Assembly (NCBI GenBank): GCA_964637575.1
Contig: CAZWVU010000004.1
Coordinates: forward strand, 14,788 to 78,787
Direction of reading: 5' to 3'
From: an uncultured Candidatus Saccharibacteria bacterium
GTDB taxonomy: Bacteria > Patescibacteriota > Minisyncoccia > UBA6257 > WO2-44-18
DNA: 64,000 bases
The position numbers were made by a program, and so were the translations under genes. Shown in pieces: positions 55,997 to 64,000 of this stretch (position 1 is the stretch's first letter; each line of letters starts with the position of its first letter). Below the pieces are notes generated by a model. The model was not told the DNA's origin and did no database searches. It worked only from the letters and a program-made list of their open reading frames with translations.

Positions 55997-56845
55997 TTAT
56001 TTCAACTGCAGGTTCTGAAGCCGCTTGATGCGCTCTTCAATCGGCGGATGAGTGGAGAAGAGCTGGAGCAGGATGGATGGCTTGAACGGATTGACGATAA
56101 AAAGATGGGCGGCCGCTTCCTGCCGCGGCTGGCCGGAGAGCGGGTACATTCTGGAATACTGACCCAGCTTCGCGAGCGCGCTCGCGAGTCCGTTGGGATC
56201 GCCGAGGGTTGTGGCGCCGGTTTCGTCGGCGAGGTATTCGCGTGAACGGGAAATCGCGAGATGGAGGAGTGTTGCGATGATCGGCGTAAGCACTACCAGC
56301 AGGATCGCGCCGATCGGGTTGCCGCGGCGATTGCGGTCACCGGAGCCGCCGAAGATCATCCCGTAGTAGGCGAAATGGGCGACATAGGAAAGCGTGCCGG
56401 CGAGGAGTGCGGCAATGCTGGAGATCAGGATATCGCGGTTTTCAATATGGGAAAGCTCATGGGCGAGCACGCCTTCGAGTTCCCGCTCATCAAGAAGCTG
56501 GAGGATGGAGGGAGACACGGCGACTGCCGCGTGCTGTTTGTTCCGGCCGGTGGCAAAGGCATTCGGCACCGGGAGATTTACTATATACAGCCTCGGCATG
56601 GGAATATTCATTTTTCCGGCAATGCGGGCGACAATCGCGCGCAGTTCCGGGTGGACTTCTTCCGGCATCGGCTGCGCCCGGTACATCGCGAGCACGAATT
56701 TGTCCGAAAACCAGTAGCTGGCAAAGTTCATAGCCGCCGAAATTACCAGCGCGTATACCACCCCCTGCTGGCCGCCGAAGTAATAGCCGATGGCGAGTAC
56801 CAGGCCGGTTAAAATTGACAAAAATAAGAAAGTCTTGAATCGCAT
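55997..56845 (-). CDS. htpX: Heat-shock protease HtpX (M48)
   Basis: HELSH zinc motif and N-terminal TM helices. 282 aa. Confidence 0.85.
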   Translation of the reverse strand: MRFKTFLFLSILTGLVLAIGYYFGGQQGVVYALVISAAMNFASYWFSDKFVLAMYRAQPMPEEVHPELRAIVARIAGKMNIPMPRLYIVNLPVPNAFATGRNKQHAAVAVSPSILQLLDERELEGVLAHELSHIENRDILISSIAALLAGTLSYVAHFAYYGMIFGGSGDRNRRGNPIGAILLVVLTPIIATLLHLAISRSREYLADETGATTLGDPNGLASALAKLGQYSRMYPLSGQPRQEAAAHLFIVNPFKPSILLQLFSTHPPIEERIKRLQNLQLK

Positions 56846-56892
56846 ATCAACCTATTATATAGTATAGCCAGAACATTGGAAATGGAGGACAG

Positions 56893-57564
56893 GTGATCAA
56901 GAGATTTCCATCATATCGCGCGACCAACAGCCGGGTGCTCTTCAATTTTTTAGCACTTCCGGATGTCGACAGAGATGACGTCGAAGATATCCTGCTGGCA
57001 CTCGGATTCAGCTGGTCGCAACGGAATCCGGACGACATTCTGGGAATATTTTCCAAGAGCCGGCTGGGCGGGAAATCGATCTATTTCCGGACCGCCAAAC
57101 CGGCCGAAGCGCCGGATCTGGTGAATTGTTCAACGTTTACCCAGTGGTGTTACGCGCGGATCGGCATCGAGCTTCCTCTGCGCGCGATCCAGCAATACCA
57201 GATGGGGGAGCCCTTGCCCGACATGAACACAATTAAGGTCGGCGATCTTCTCTTCAAGTCCGGCGAGAAAAACTATTGGGATTATCAGGAACCAAAAATC
57301 AAAATAGGGCATGTGGCGCTGGTCCGGGATGTTGCCAGCAGGGATGGCGCGGTGATCCATGCCAGCAATAACGCCGGGGGCGTGGTGGAGATACCGGTCA
57401 ACGAGTTTCTGAAGAAGAACAGTCCCTGCATTGCCGCCTGCCGGATCGTAACCGATCTGAAGCACTGGACCACGCTCAACATTCCCCCGGAACTGTCCTG
57501 GCGGATCCAGTCTTCGGACGACGTGAAATGGCTGATTTTGGAGCACATTAAGCCGGGAGGGTAG
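56893..57564 (+). CDS. NlpC/P60-family (C40) cell-wall peptidase-like protein
   Basis: VNCSTFTQWCYARIGIELP (catalytic Cys) and IGHVALV (His). Confidence 0.6.
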   Translation: MIKRFPSYRATNSRVLFNFLALPDVDRDDVEDILLALGFSWSQRNPDDILGIFSKSRLGGKSIYFRTAKPAEAPDLVNCSTFTQWCYARIGIELPLRAIQQYQMGEPLPDMNTIKVGDLLFKSGEKNYWDYQEPKIKIGHVALVRDVASRDGAVIHASNNAGGVVEIPVNEFLKKNSPCIAACRIVTDLKHWTTLNIPPELSWRIQSSDDVKWLILEHIKPGG

Positions 57565-57862
57565 GGGTTGACCCCCGCTCTGATACCCACTGTATCGGGA
57601 TAGATTTTCACTACGCAAACTGGTCATTATGCGCGGCCCTGAAGCTGCAATCAAGGTTCCAGAGCGGGGGTTGACAAAACTACATTCATATGGCATATTG
57701 TCCGTGTACCTTTGATAGCAAAGATTTTGATTGAGGGGACTCCAACTCTCCTCAATTAAATGTTTTTCGGGGTGGCCTCAGCCACCCCGCTCTAAATCAG
57801 CTCATTACATGTGTAGCGGGCTGATATCGGAGTCTTTTGAAAATGTGAAGGGGAGGATTTGT

Positions 57863-58243
57863 ATGGACGGAACCACGCTCTTCGTTCTGCTCGGAGCGCT
57901 CGCGCTCGTGACGATCGGCCTCGTGTGGTATTCCAAGAAGCGGAGGATTCTCAAGGTGAACCTGCCCCCGTACCACGCCAGCGCCGCCCGGCTCTTTCCG
58001 GAGCTGTACTCGCAGGAAGGCATCACCGATGAGGAGATGCCCAGGCAGGCGACCTGGCTGGACGGTCCGAACGGACGCGCCCGCCGGATCTTCGGAGTCA
58101 TCGTGGCGGCGACCAAAACCCGCTTCTGGCTGATGCCCTACGGCATCCAGAGGAAAGATGGCGGCGTTGCCTCGTATGGCAACCAGAACAGGCGGGACCT
58201 GGTGCGCCGGAAGCGCAGCATCGTCCGGATCATCGGCAACTAA
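57863..58243 (+). CDS. Hypothetical membrane-anchored basic protein
   Basis: GGGAGGA RBS. N-terminal TM LFVLLGALALVTIGLVWY. Confidence 0.4.
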   Translation: MDGTTLFVLLGALALVTIGLVWYSKKRRILKVNLPPYHASAARLFPELYSQEGITDEEMPRQATWLDGPNGRARRIFGVIVAATKTRFWLMPYGIQRKDGGVASYGNQNRRDLVRRKRSIVRIIGN

Positions 58244-58411
58244 CCTGACCTCCCCGTCCGTCGCAAGACGGACAAGAACCCCCAGCCCCGGCCCTGCTGC
58301 AGATCACACGATGTGCAGCAGGGCTTTTTTATTTTCGGCGGGGGAAATTCGTTGACCGGCCTGTTAGTTTCTGGTACTCTTTTTTCCAGAACTTTTGCAA
58401 AGGAGCGAGGC

Positions 58412-58993
58412 ATGAGCGACGACGTGCGTCCCGGCGGGACGGAAGACCCGGAAATCCATCTGAGCGGGCCGGTGCCGCTGGCGGATCTTTCCACGGCGAA
58501 CGCGGTGATTGACCAGGAGCGACAGAAAGTCCACTATCTTGAACAGAAGCTCGCGGAGTCCAACCGCGCCTACGGGATTTTGGAACAGGTCAATGGCAAT
58601 CTTCGGTCTGAGATCGGCAGTTGGCGCATCAGACGGAACAGCGCCTTTGGGTTGGCCGCGTTCATGGCTTTTTTGTTTGTTGTGGCTCTGGTTGGCTTGA
58701 CGCGTGTCGCTATCCAGCGCGATGAGCACAAGGACGCGGCTGGCATGCCCATGCCGGTTCAGCAGGTCTCCACTCCAGAAATGCTTCCATCCAGCCGTTG
58801 TCAGTTTGCCGGCGAGCTGGTGGTAGCAAGCGTGTGGTGCCTGCCAAACCATCCGATCAAGGCCCTGCGTCAATGGAATTGCGATTGCGGCGAAACTCAT
58901 TATCTCACGCAGTTTGAAGATGGTAGTGAAGGATATCGGATGATCACCGCGGGCATCTACCGCGAACTACTCGCAAAACGCAGCGACGAATAA
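58412..58993 (+). CDS. Hypothetical protein with central TM
   Basis: ORF from ATG at 58412. Coiled-coil segment then TM FGLAAFMAFLFVVALVGL. Confidence 0.4.
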   Translation: MSDDVRPGGTEDPEIHLSGPVPLADLSTANAVIDQERQKVHYLEQKLAESNRAYGILEQVNGNLRSEIGSWRIRRNSAFGLAAFMAFLFVVALVGLTRVAIQRDEHKDAAGMPMPVQQVSTPEMLPSSRCQFAGELVVASVWCLPNHPIKALRQWNCDCGETHYLTQFEDGSEGYRMITAGIYRELLAKRSDE

Positions 58994-58998
58994 AACTT

Positions 58999-59023
58999 CA
59001 AAACCCCGGGAATTCCGGGGTTT
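58999..59023 (+). terminator. Rho-independent terminator
   Basis: AAAACCCCGG-GAAT-TCCGGGGTTTT. Confidence 0.8.
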
Positions 59024-59060
59024 TCTATTTCATAAAATCGTGCTAACGTATACCCAGTAT

Positions 59061-59135
59061 GGTGCCTATAGTTTAGTGGTAAAACACCGCTCTGTGGCAG
59101 CGGATTCGAGGGTTCGATTCCCTCTAGGCACCCCA
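59061..59135 (+). tRNA. tRNA-His (GTG) with encoded G-1 and CCA
   Basis: G-1 pairs with C73. Acceptor GTGCCTA/TAGGCAC. Anticodon loop CTGTGGC. T arm GAGGG-TTCGATT-CCCTC. Confidence 0.85.
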
Positions 59136-60803
59136 GACGGTATCTAATATAACCGCAGAAGGTTCGTTAGATATCATCACAGGAATCTCGGCATTACGTC
59201 GGGATTTTTGTGTTTTAGGGGCGACTAAGGCTTTTGATTTACCAGCGATCACTGGTGTGAACTCCACCGCCATGTCAGTCACGATCCGTGGTTTCTGGCA
59301 CTCTTTGTATTTCTCAGTGAAGATCAGACCTTCGGCTTGCATCAAGGCTCTTATAATCGGGCTTGGTATGACCGTCACCACTTTCTTATCCGTCACCTCA
59401 AACCGTTCCCAGTAAAGGCCTAGGAATAGTCGCTTCATTTCGTCCGGAGCTTTCATGTATGCCTCGTATGCGTTTCTCACAAAGAGCAGGATGTCTTGGA
59501 GCTCATCAATCCGCATATTAAGCTTCTTATCTTGGGCGTAGAGTTCGTCCTGTATGCTCTCGACCTGTTCTTTTATTTTCACTTTGATTCGAGTGAAGTC
59601 ATCATCTGAAATCAATCCACCGAATAATTTCTCCTCGGCAGTGTCACGCTTCTTTTCAAGTATCATCTTTTGCGTATTTAGTCCTTTCTTATCTTTATTT
59701 ATGACTTCCTTCCGACCGCTGTATATTTTCTCAATCTTGGCGACCATTCGTCCCACAAATGTCGGAGTGAATTCAATCAGTTTGAAAAGGTCAGCGATCT
59801 GCTGTTCCAAATCCCAGACTTCCACATATTTGTCCGAGCATTTGATCTGATCGCCGGAACGGTTGCAATGATAGTAAGATTTATTTTTCTTTGGGTGATG
59901 TTCGGCTGTGTATCTTTGTCCGCAGACGGCGCAGTAGGTCAGACCTCGCAGTATGAAGTTAAACTTTTGCCTACGACAGGCATAGCGGTTATGTTCGGCC
60001 ATGACCAGCTGGGTGCGTTCCCATATTTCTTTTGTGATGAGTGGTTTGTGTTTACCAACACCCACCAGTCCTCGCCAACGCATCTCCCCGTAGTAAAACT
60101 GATTCTTAAGTATCTCAATCATCTTGCTGTGAGCTAGTCGCTTACCGGCATGAGTCCTGAACCCTTTCTTATACAAAGCATCACGGACTTCGTAGACTGA
60201 ATAATCTCCAGTCACATACATGTTGAATGCTTCCTGGATAAGCGGCGCACGTTCTTCGTCTACAACAATGATCCTCTTTTTCTCATCGCTTGGATCACCG
60301 GCATTCAAGTAGCCGGAAGCCACACCTGTCGGCCACCAGCCATCTCGGAATTTCTGTTCAAGGCTCTTCAAAGTTTTTCTCGATGTGATTTGCGACTGGA
60401 GTTGGTTCACGCCAGCTATCACTAAGTCCATAAAGTTTCCTTCCGGAGAGTCAGTTATGCCGGGTTGCGATACGGAAAACAATTCAACCTCATGTTTTTT
60501 GAGGATCGCTTTGATTTGCATATGGTCGAGGGCATTTCTCGCCAGTCGGTCGGTGTCTTGAATAAATACTGCGCGGATAGCTTTATCATCTTGGACTCGA
60601 AGCAACATGTCTTGGAGCCCGGGACGATTCATATTGGTGGCGGATCGTCCTGGGTCTTCGAAGACTCCTTCGTTTGCCAGTTTGTATTTGTTGCTTTCCT
60701 CGATCGCTCGTTTACAGAGTTTGAGCTGTGTGGTGAGGGAATGGTGGCCGTCCTCGGCCTGTTCTTCAGTCGAGACTCGGCAGTAGATTAATGCATGTTC
60801 CAT
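59124..60803 (-). CDS. Large serine recombinase (resolvase N-domain, recombinase domain, zinc ribbon, coiled coil)
   Basis: LIYCRVSTEEQ catalytic Ser motif. CAVCGQRY...HCNRS zinc ribbon. 559 aa. Its last 4 codons overlap the tRNA-His 3' end. Confidence 0.85.
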   Translation of the reverse strand: MEHALIYCRVSTEEQAEDGHHSLTTQLKLCKRAIEESNKYKLANEGVFEDPGRSATNMNRPGLQDMLLRVQDDKAIRAVFIQDTDRLARNALDHMQIKAILKKHEVELFSVSQPGITDSPEGNFMDLVIAGVNQLQSQITSRKTLKSLEQKFRDGWWPTGVASGYLNAGDPSDEKKRIIVVDEERAPLIQEAFNMYVTGDYSVYEVRDALYKKGFRTHAGKRLAHSKMIEILKNQFYYGEMRWRGLVGVGKHKPLITKEIWERTQLVMAEHNRYACRRQKFNFILRGLTYCAVCGQRYTAEHHPKKNKSYYHCNRSGDQIKCSDKYVEVWDLEQQIADLFKLIEFTPTFVGRMVAKIEKIYSGRKEVINKDKKGLNTQKMILEKKRDTAEEKLFGGLISDDDFTRIKVKIKEQVESIQDELYAQDKKLNMRIDELQDILLFVRNAYEAYMKAPDEMKRLFLGLYWERFEVTDKKVVTVIPSPIIRALMQAEGLIFTEKYKECQKPRIVTDMAVEFTPVIAGKSKALVAPKTQKSRRNAEIPVMISNEPSAVILDTVWGA

Positions 60804-61100
60804 AGTATTTTCATATTAATTTTGATTAAGTTTTTGTAAGAGACCTTTCACGAACACCCTATACTAATTCGCTCGACACGCTAAGCTCTGTTGCCCACAA
60901 TCGCAACATACACCGCCCCAGTCATAAATTTTTCTGGAAATTGCTGTTTTGTGCCTATTTGGTTGGGTTTTACCGGGTTTTGTTGGGTTTATCTTTTTCA
61001 TTTTTGGTGTTATTTAGTGTTAGTTAGTGTGAGTTGGTGTAAGTCATAATTTTCGCCTTTTTGCTCAAAATGTTGCCGTTAGTTGCCGATTGTTGCTGAT
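60804..61100. repeat. Iteron-like short direct repeats (GTTGGGTTTT x2; TAGTGT/TTAGTGT x3; GTTGCCG(A/T)T x3) upstream of the rep-like gene
   Basis: Direct inspection shows clustered 6-10-bp direct repeats in a non-coding AT-rich stretch. Confidence 0.6.
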
Positions 61101-61898
61101 TTAGCCACTTTCACCGGCTATTGATAGAAGGGAGTTAAAATACGCACCTTTGTTTTTGATCGTTCCGGACGGCATTTGTTTCAATTTCTCATAGGCATTT
61201 TCTATTCTGGCCAGTCCATGAGTCTTGAGAGCTGAAAGCATAAAGTTCATATCCGGCTCCTCGAGATATCGAGCAATCTCTAAACATCTTTCTTCCTCAA
61301 ATGTTTTAGGATTGAAACTTCTTACCACACAGCGATTCGATCGATTGTTTTTATTTTCTTTTTCGTTATCGTTCTTCTGACTTCTGCCGAGTGAACTATC
61401 GGAAGTGAAAGAAAACCTTGCTACCAGCTTCTTCTTCTCGCTTTCCAACTTCTGCGAAATGTCATCGACTTCTGCCGGTGCTTCTGCTGGTGTTTGCTCT
61501 GGAGTAGTATCATCACTTCTGCCAGACTTCTGTTCAAAGTGATGTTCAATGTACTTAAATGTGCCGTCAGATAAGGGATAATTGCCGATATCCACATTGA
61601 ATGAACTTCTGCGACCTTGTTGTCTAGCAAACCATACCCACCTCTTCCGCTTTAGCTCGAGCATAATTTTATTCACCCTGTTCTTGTCATATTTTTCTTT
61701 GAAATCTTTTGAGAGTCCGGCATAACTTACATGAGCTCTTCCAGATCGGGGATTGGCAGTGAGCCAAAGCCACACCAAAATGGCATATTCCTCAAACTTC
61801 AAGTGACCGTCGATAAGGGCGGTTTTAATACTCCGTGGGAGTTTTACATAATCATTATTGTCTATTTTGAATGGCAGATTTTCCATGTTCATATTCAT
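61101..61898 (-). CDS. Hypothetical element protein (possible replication initiator)
   Basis: 265 aa. Basic/aromatic N-domain, acidic linker, C-terminal helical domain. Adjacent to the iteron-like repeats. Confidence 0.35.
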   Translation of the reverse strand: MNMNMENLPFKIDNNDYVKLPRSIKTALIDGHLKFEEYAILVWLWLTANPRSGRAHVSYAGLSKDFKEKYDKNRVNKIMLELKRKRWVWFARQQGRRSSFNVDIGNYPLSDGTFKYIEHHFEQKSGRSDDTTPEQTPAEAPAEVDDISQKLESEKKKLVARFSFTSDSSLGRSQKNDNEKENKNNRSNRCVVRSFNPKTFEEERCLEIARYLEEPDMNFMLSALKTHGLARIENAYEKLKQMPSGTIKNKGAYFNSLLSIAGESG

Positions 61899-61912
61899 TC
61901 GATTTGACCGAC

Positions 61913-62176
61913 TTAATCCATTGCATCGTTATACATGAGCGATTTAAGTTCCTTGATCGCCGAGACAAATTCTTTGGCATTCACTTCGACCAAGCCCGCA
62001 AAGAAAGCGCTTACCAGTTGGGGACGATCTGGCTCATCGGGGAAAATAAAACGAAACCGGCGTGAGTCGGCTTTGTTTATACCAAGCAACCTATATCCCT
62101 TAGCCACGAGAAAGGCGGCCACGTAGAAGTCGCTTGTTATAAAATTATTGCTGTCCAGTTGATTTCTCATTTTCAT
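61913..62176 (-). CDS. Hypothetical small element protein
   Basis: 87-aa ORF. Confidence 0.35.
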   Translation of the reverse strand: MKMRNQLDSNNFITSDFYVAAFLVAKGYRLLGINKADSRRFRFIFPDEPDRPQLVSAFFAGLVEVNAKEFVSAIKELKSLMYNDAMD

Positions 62177-62401
62177 TCTTTTTAGCTTTTTCTTTTTCTA
62201 AATATTGATGATCCAAAAGACGGACGATTAAGTCGGCTAGTCTGTCCATGAAAATTTCCTCCATCTGTTCGATAGTGAGGGTAGGGATTTTCTTTGTTGG
62301 CACCGGCTTTGGCATATTGTTTGCCAGTCCGCAAATAAAAAGCAGACTGTTTGTTCCAGTCTGTGCGCTCGCCTGTGATTCACCTTTGACTCACCAAAGT
62401 C

Positions 62402-63058
62402 TCACTTTTGTTCGTAGTCAATCCGGACCCGACCGGTACGCCAGCTTATAAAATTACTGATGCCGAAAGCATCTTTGATCCTTTTGTTAACGGCAATCTT
62501 GGCGTCATAAACGCTTCGCTTCGTGTCTTTTGCCCAGTCTGCCATATCCACGATGTCAGTTTCAGTTACCGGAGTGCCAAACGGAAGTGCGAATAAGACT
62601 TTGCAGAGAAAATACTGATTAGTGTTTATTGGGACCGGGCAAACCTTACTTCCCATAGTTATATTGCCGGTTTTCTCGTTAAATCTGATCTTGGTATCGA
62701 TTGGCGCTTCTTCTTGCAGTGCCGGCCTATTTTTAAGTTTGAAATAATAATTGTTGAGCATTGACCTGCTCGGTTTGGAAATTACAAAATCGTCACCATC
62801 CAGCTTGAAGCTAGAAACAATCTTTTTCTTTTTCAGCTCGGCAAGGACGGCTTTCTGATCGGAAATATCAAAAGTAGAGACAGGGTAATTAAAGTAGACC
62901 TTGGCAGGGAGTTTATGCGTGACATCAGTTACGGACTCAATGCTCCCCAGCAACGTCTGAATAAAGGCTAGTTTTGGATACTCATTTTTCATATTCATTT
63001 GTGAAATGGAGCCAGTTTCTTCAAAAACCAGTGAATGGGAGCTATTTTCCAGCTCCAT
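62402..63058 (-). CDS. Hypothetical element protein
   Basis: 218-aa ORF in the AT-rich region. Confidence 0.35.
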   Translation of the reverse strand: MELENSSHSLVFEETGSISQMNMKNEYPKLAFIQTLLGSIESVTDVTHKLPAKVYFNYPVSTFDISDQKAVLAELKKKKIVSSFKLDGDDFVISKPSRSMLNNYYFKLKNRPALQEEAPIDTKIRFNEKTGNITMGSKVCPVPINTNQYFLCKVLFALPFGTPVTETDIVDMADWAKDTKRSVYDAKIAVNKRIKDAFGISNFISWRTGRVRIDYEQK

Positions 63059-63204
63059 TCACCACTTTTTCTTACTACACAGCGTAATTGATGTAGTAAA
63101 AGTATTCCAAACCACAAAGTCATTATGACAAAATATGCCATCTTTGACAACGAAAATCTGAAGCGGTAAAATACAAATAAGTAATTTTATCGGGTACGAC
63201 TTTT

Positions 63205-63399
63205 ATGAATTCCAACATCGAGAAACTTTTCAGTATTGAGGAAGCCGCTAAAATTCTAAGGGTCAGTGGTCGATCTGTTACTCGTTATATTGAATCCGGA
63301 AAGCTTAAAGCATCCAAGATTGGAGTATGGCGCATCAAAGAATCTGATTTAAACGCTTTCTTGGAGGAGACAAGTAATGTTAAGTCGAAGAAAAAGTAA
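63205..63399 (+). CDS. Excisionase-family / MerR-like HTH DNA-binding protein
   Basis: LFSIEEAAKILRVSGRSVTRYIESGKLKASKIG matches the Xis/AlpA-type HTH. 64 aa. Confidence 0.6.
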   Translation: MNSNIEKLFSIEEAAKILRVSGRSVTRYIESGKLKASKIGVWRIKESDLNAFLEETSNVKSKKK

Positions 63400-63407
63400 A
63401 AAAGATT

Positions 63408-64000
63408 ATGACCACAAAACAAGCAATCCAAGACATTCAAAAGACTTTCGATATTAATGCCATCTTTGCTCATAAGGTATTTTTACTGGCTGACAAAACG
63501 AATCTCCTTGAGGATGCCGCTCGGATTATTGCTGAAAAACCAAAGCCATTTGTTAAATGGGTTGGTGGTAAGCGACAGCTACTCGCACAGTTTCGAAGAT
63601 TGAATCTCTATCCACCGGAAAAATTTGATATTAGGACAGGAAGATACTTCGAGCCTTTTGTTGGAGGTGGTGCCGTATTCTTTGATCTACTCCCAGAGAA
63701 AGGTTTTCTCTCTGATTTAAATAAAGAACTCGTTACTACTTATAACGTTATAAAAAATGGCGTTGAAGGGTTGATCGCTTCTTTGAAGAAGCATAAAACA
63801 GACAAAGAATATTTTTTAAACATACGTGCAAAGGACTCCAAATCCCTTAGTGACCTTGATGTTGCATCTCGCTTTATCTTTTTGAACCGCACCTGCTTCA
63901 ATGGTTTGTACAGAGTAAATAGTAAAGGAGGTTTCAATGTACCCTATGGTAAATATGCTAACCCACTTATTTGTGATGAGAGTAATTTGAGAAAGGTATC
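63408..64000 (+). CDS. DNA adenine methyltransferase (Dam-like, partial at window end)
   Basis: KWVGGKRQL, FVGGGAVFFD (FxGxG) and NRTCFNGLYRVN motifs. No adjacent restriction gene visible. Confidence 0.75.
   Translation, partial: MTTKQAIQDIQKTFDINAIFAHKVFLLADKTNLLEDAARIIAEKPKPFVKWVGGKRQLLAQFRRLNLYPPEKFDIRTGRYFEPFVGGGAVFFDLLPEKGFLSDLNKELVTTYNVIKNGVEGLIASLKKHKTDKEYFLNIRAKDSKSLSDLDVASRFIFLNRTCFNGLYRVNSKGGFNVPYGKYANPLICDESNLRKV

Larger units (their letters stand above)
59124..64000. mobile_element. Integrated AT-rich element (prophage or integrative island) inserted at tRNA-His; continues beyond the window
   Basis: Abrupt shift to AT-rich sequence after tRNA-His. Recombinase, iteron-like repeats, excisionase-type HTH and Dam-like MTase. 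No housekeeping genes. Confidence 0.7.

Noticed and set aside
1-64000. Alternative genetic code (UGA recoded, as in some CPR lineages)
   Set aside because: Well-conserved genes, including the histidine kinase, terminate at TGA, TAA and TAG with full-length products. No in-frame stops interrupt conserved genes.

Overview
This 64-kb window is a gene-dense, GC-rich bacterial chromosomal segment carrying housekeeping genes on both strands, with an AT-richer integrated element at its 3' end. It reads like a small-genome bacterium, possibly CPR/Patescibacteria-like.

Identifiable genes:
- Signalling: a MASE1-PAS-PAS histidine kinase with a stand-alone receiver; an ECF sigma factor with a DUF5667 anti-sigma partner.
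- Translation and RNA: fmt/def, rpmA, rplI, rplU, cysS, secG, an RNase P RNA, and four tRNAs (Met-CAT, Ser-GCT, Arg-GCG, His-GTG).
- Replication and repair: recR, dnaB, a short uvrC, and a bacterial RNase H1 with an N-terminal hybrid-binding domain.
- Stress and folding: grpE-dnaK-dnaJ, htpX, ddl, and a thioredoxin/DsbB pair.
- Metabolism and transport: pgk, ndh, corA, and an OppA-like binding protein.
- Type IV pilus locus: pilB, pilC, several prepilin-like genes, two identical tandem pilA genes, and a 489-aa prepilin-leader protein with LVIVD beta-propeller repeats.
- Cell surface: three GT2 glycosyltransferases, two paralogous ~517-aa polytopic GT-C-like membrane proteins, and three tandem surface-protein paralogs with a tail-fibre-like N-terminal motif.

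The most unusual content is non-coding:
1. A ~130-165-nt structured element in four copies, with a conserved core, compensatory base changes in two hairpins, and locus-specific closing stems.
2. Conserved ~110-nt elements placed 3' of both tRNA-Met and tRNA-Ser, each ending in a copy of its own tRNA's T-arm/acceptor 3' segment.
3. A dispersed 37-nt repeat in four copies, one locus being a CRISPR-like doublet.
4. Two inverted-repeat pairs sharing an ATCCCRCACATAAC core; one pair exactly brackets a GIY-YIG nuclease gene.
5. An AT-rich integrated element beginning at tRNA-His. Its large serine recombinase gene overlaps the tRNA 3' end, followed by iteron-like repeats, an excisionase-type HTH gene and an orphan Dam-like methyltransferase. 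It continues beyond the window.

All protein calls are by eye from motifs. No searches were run.
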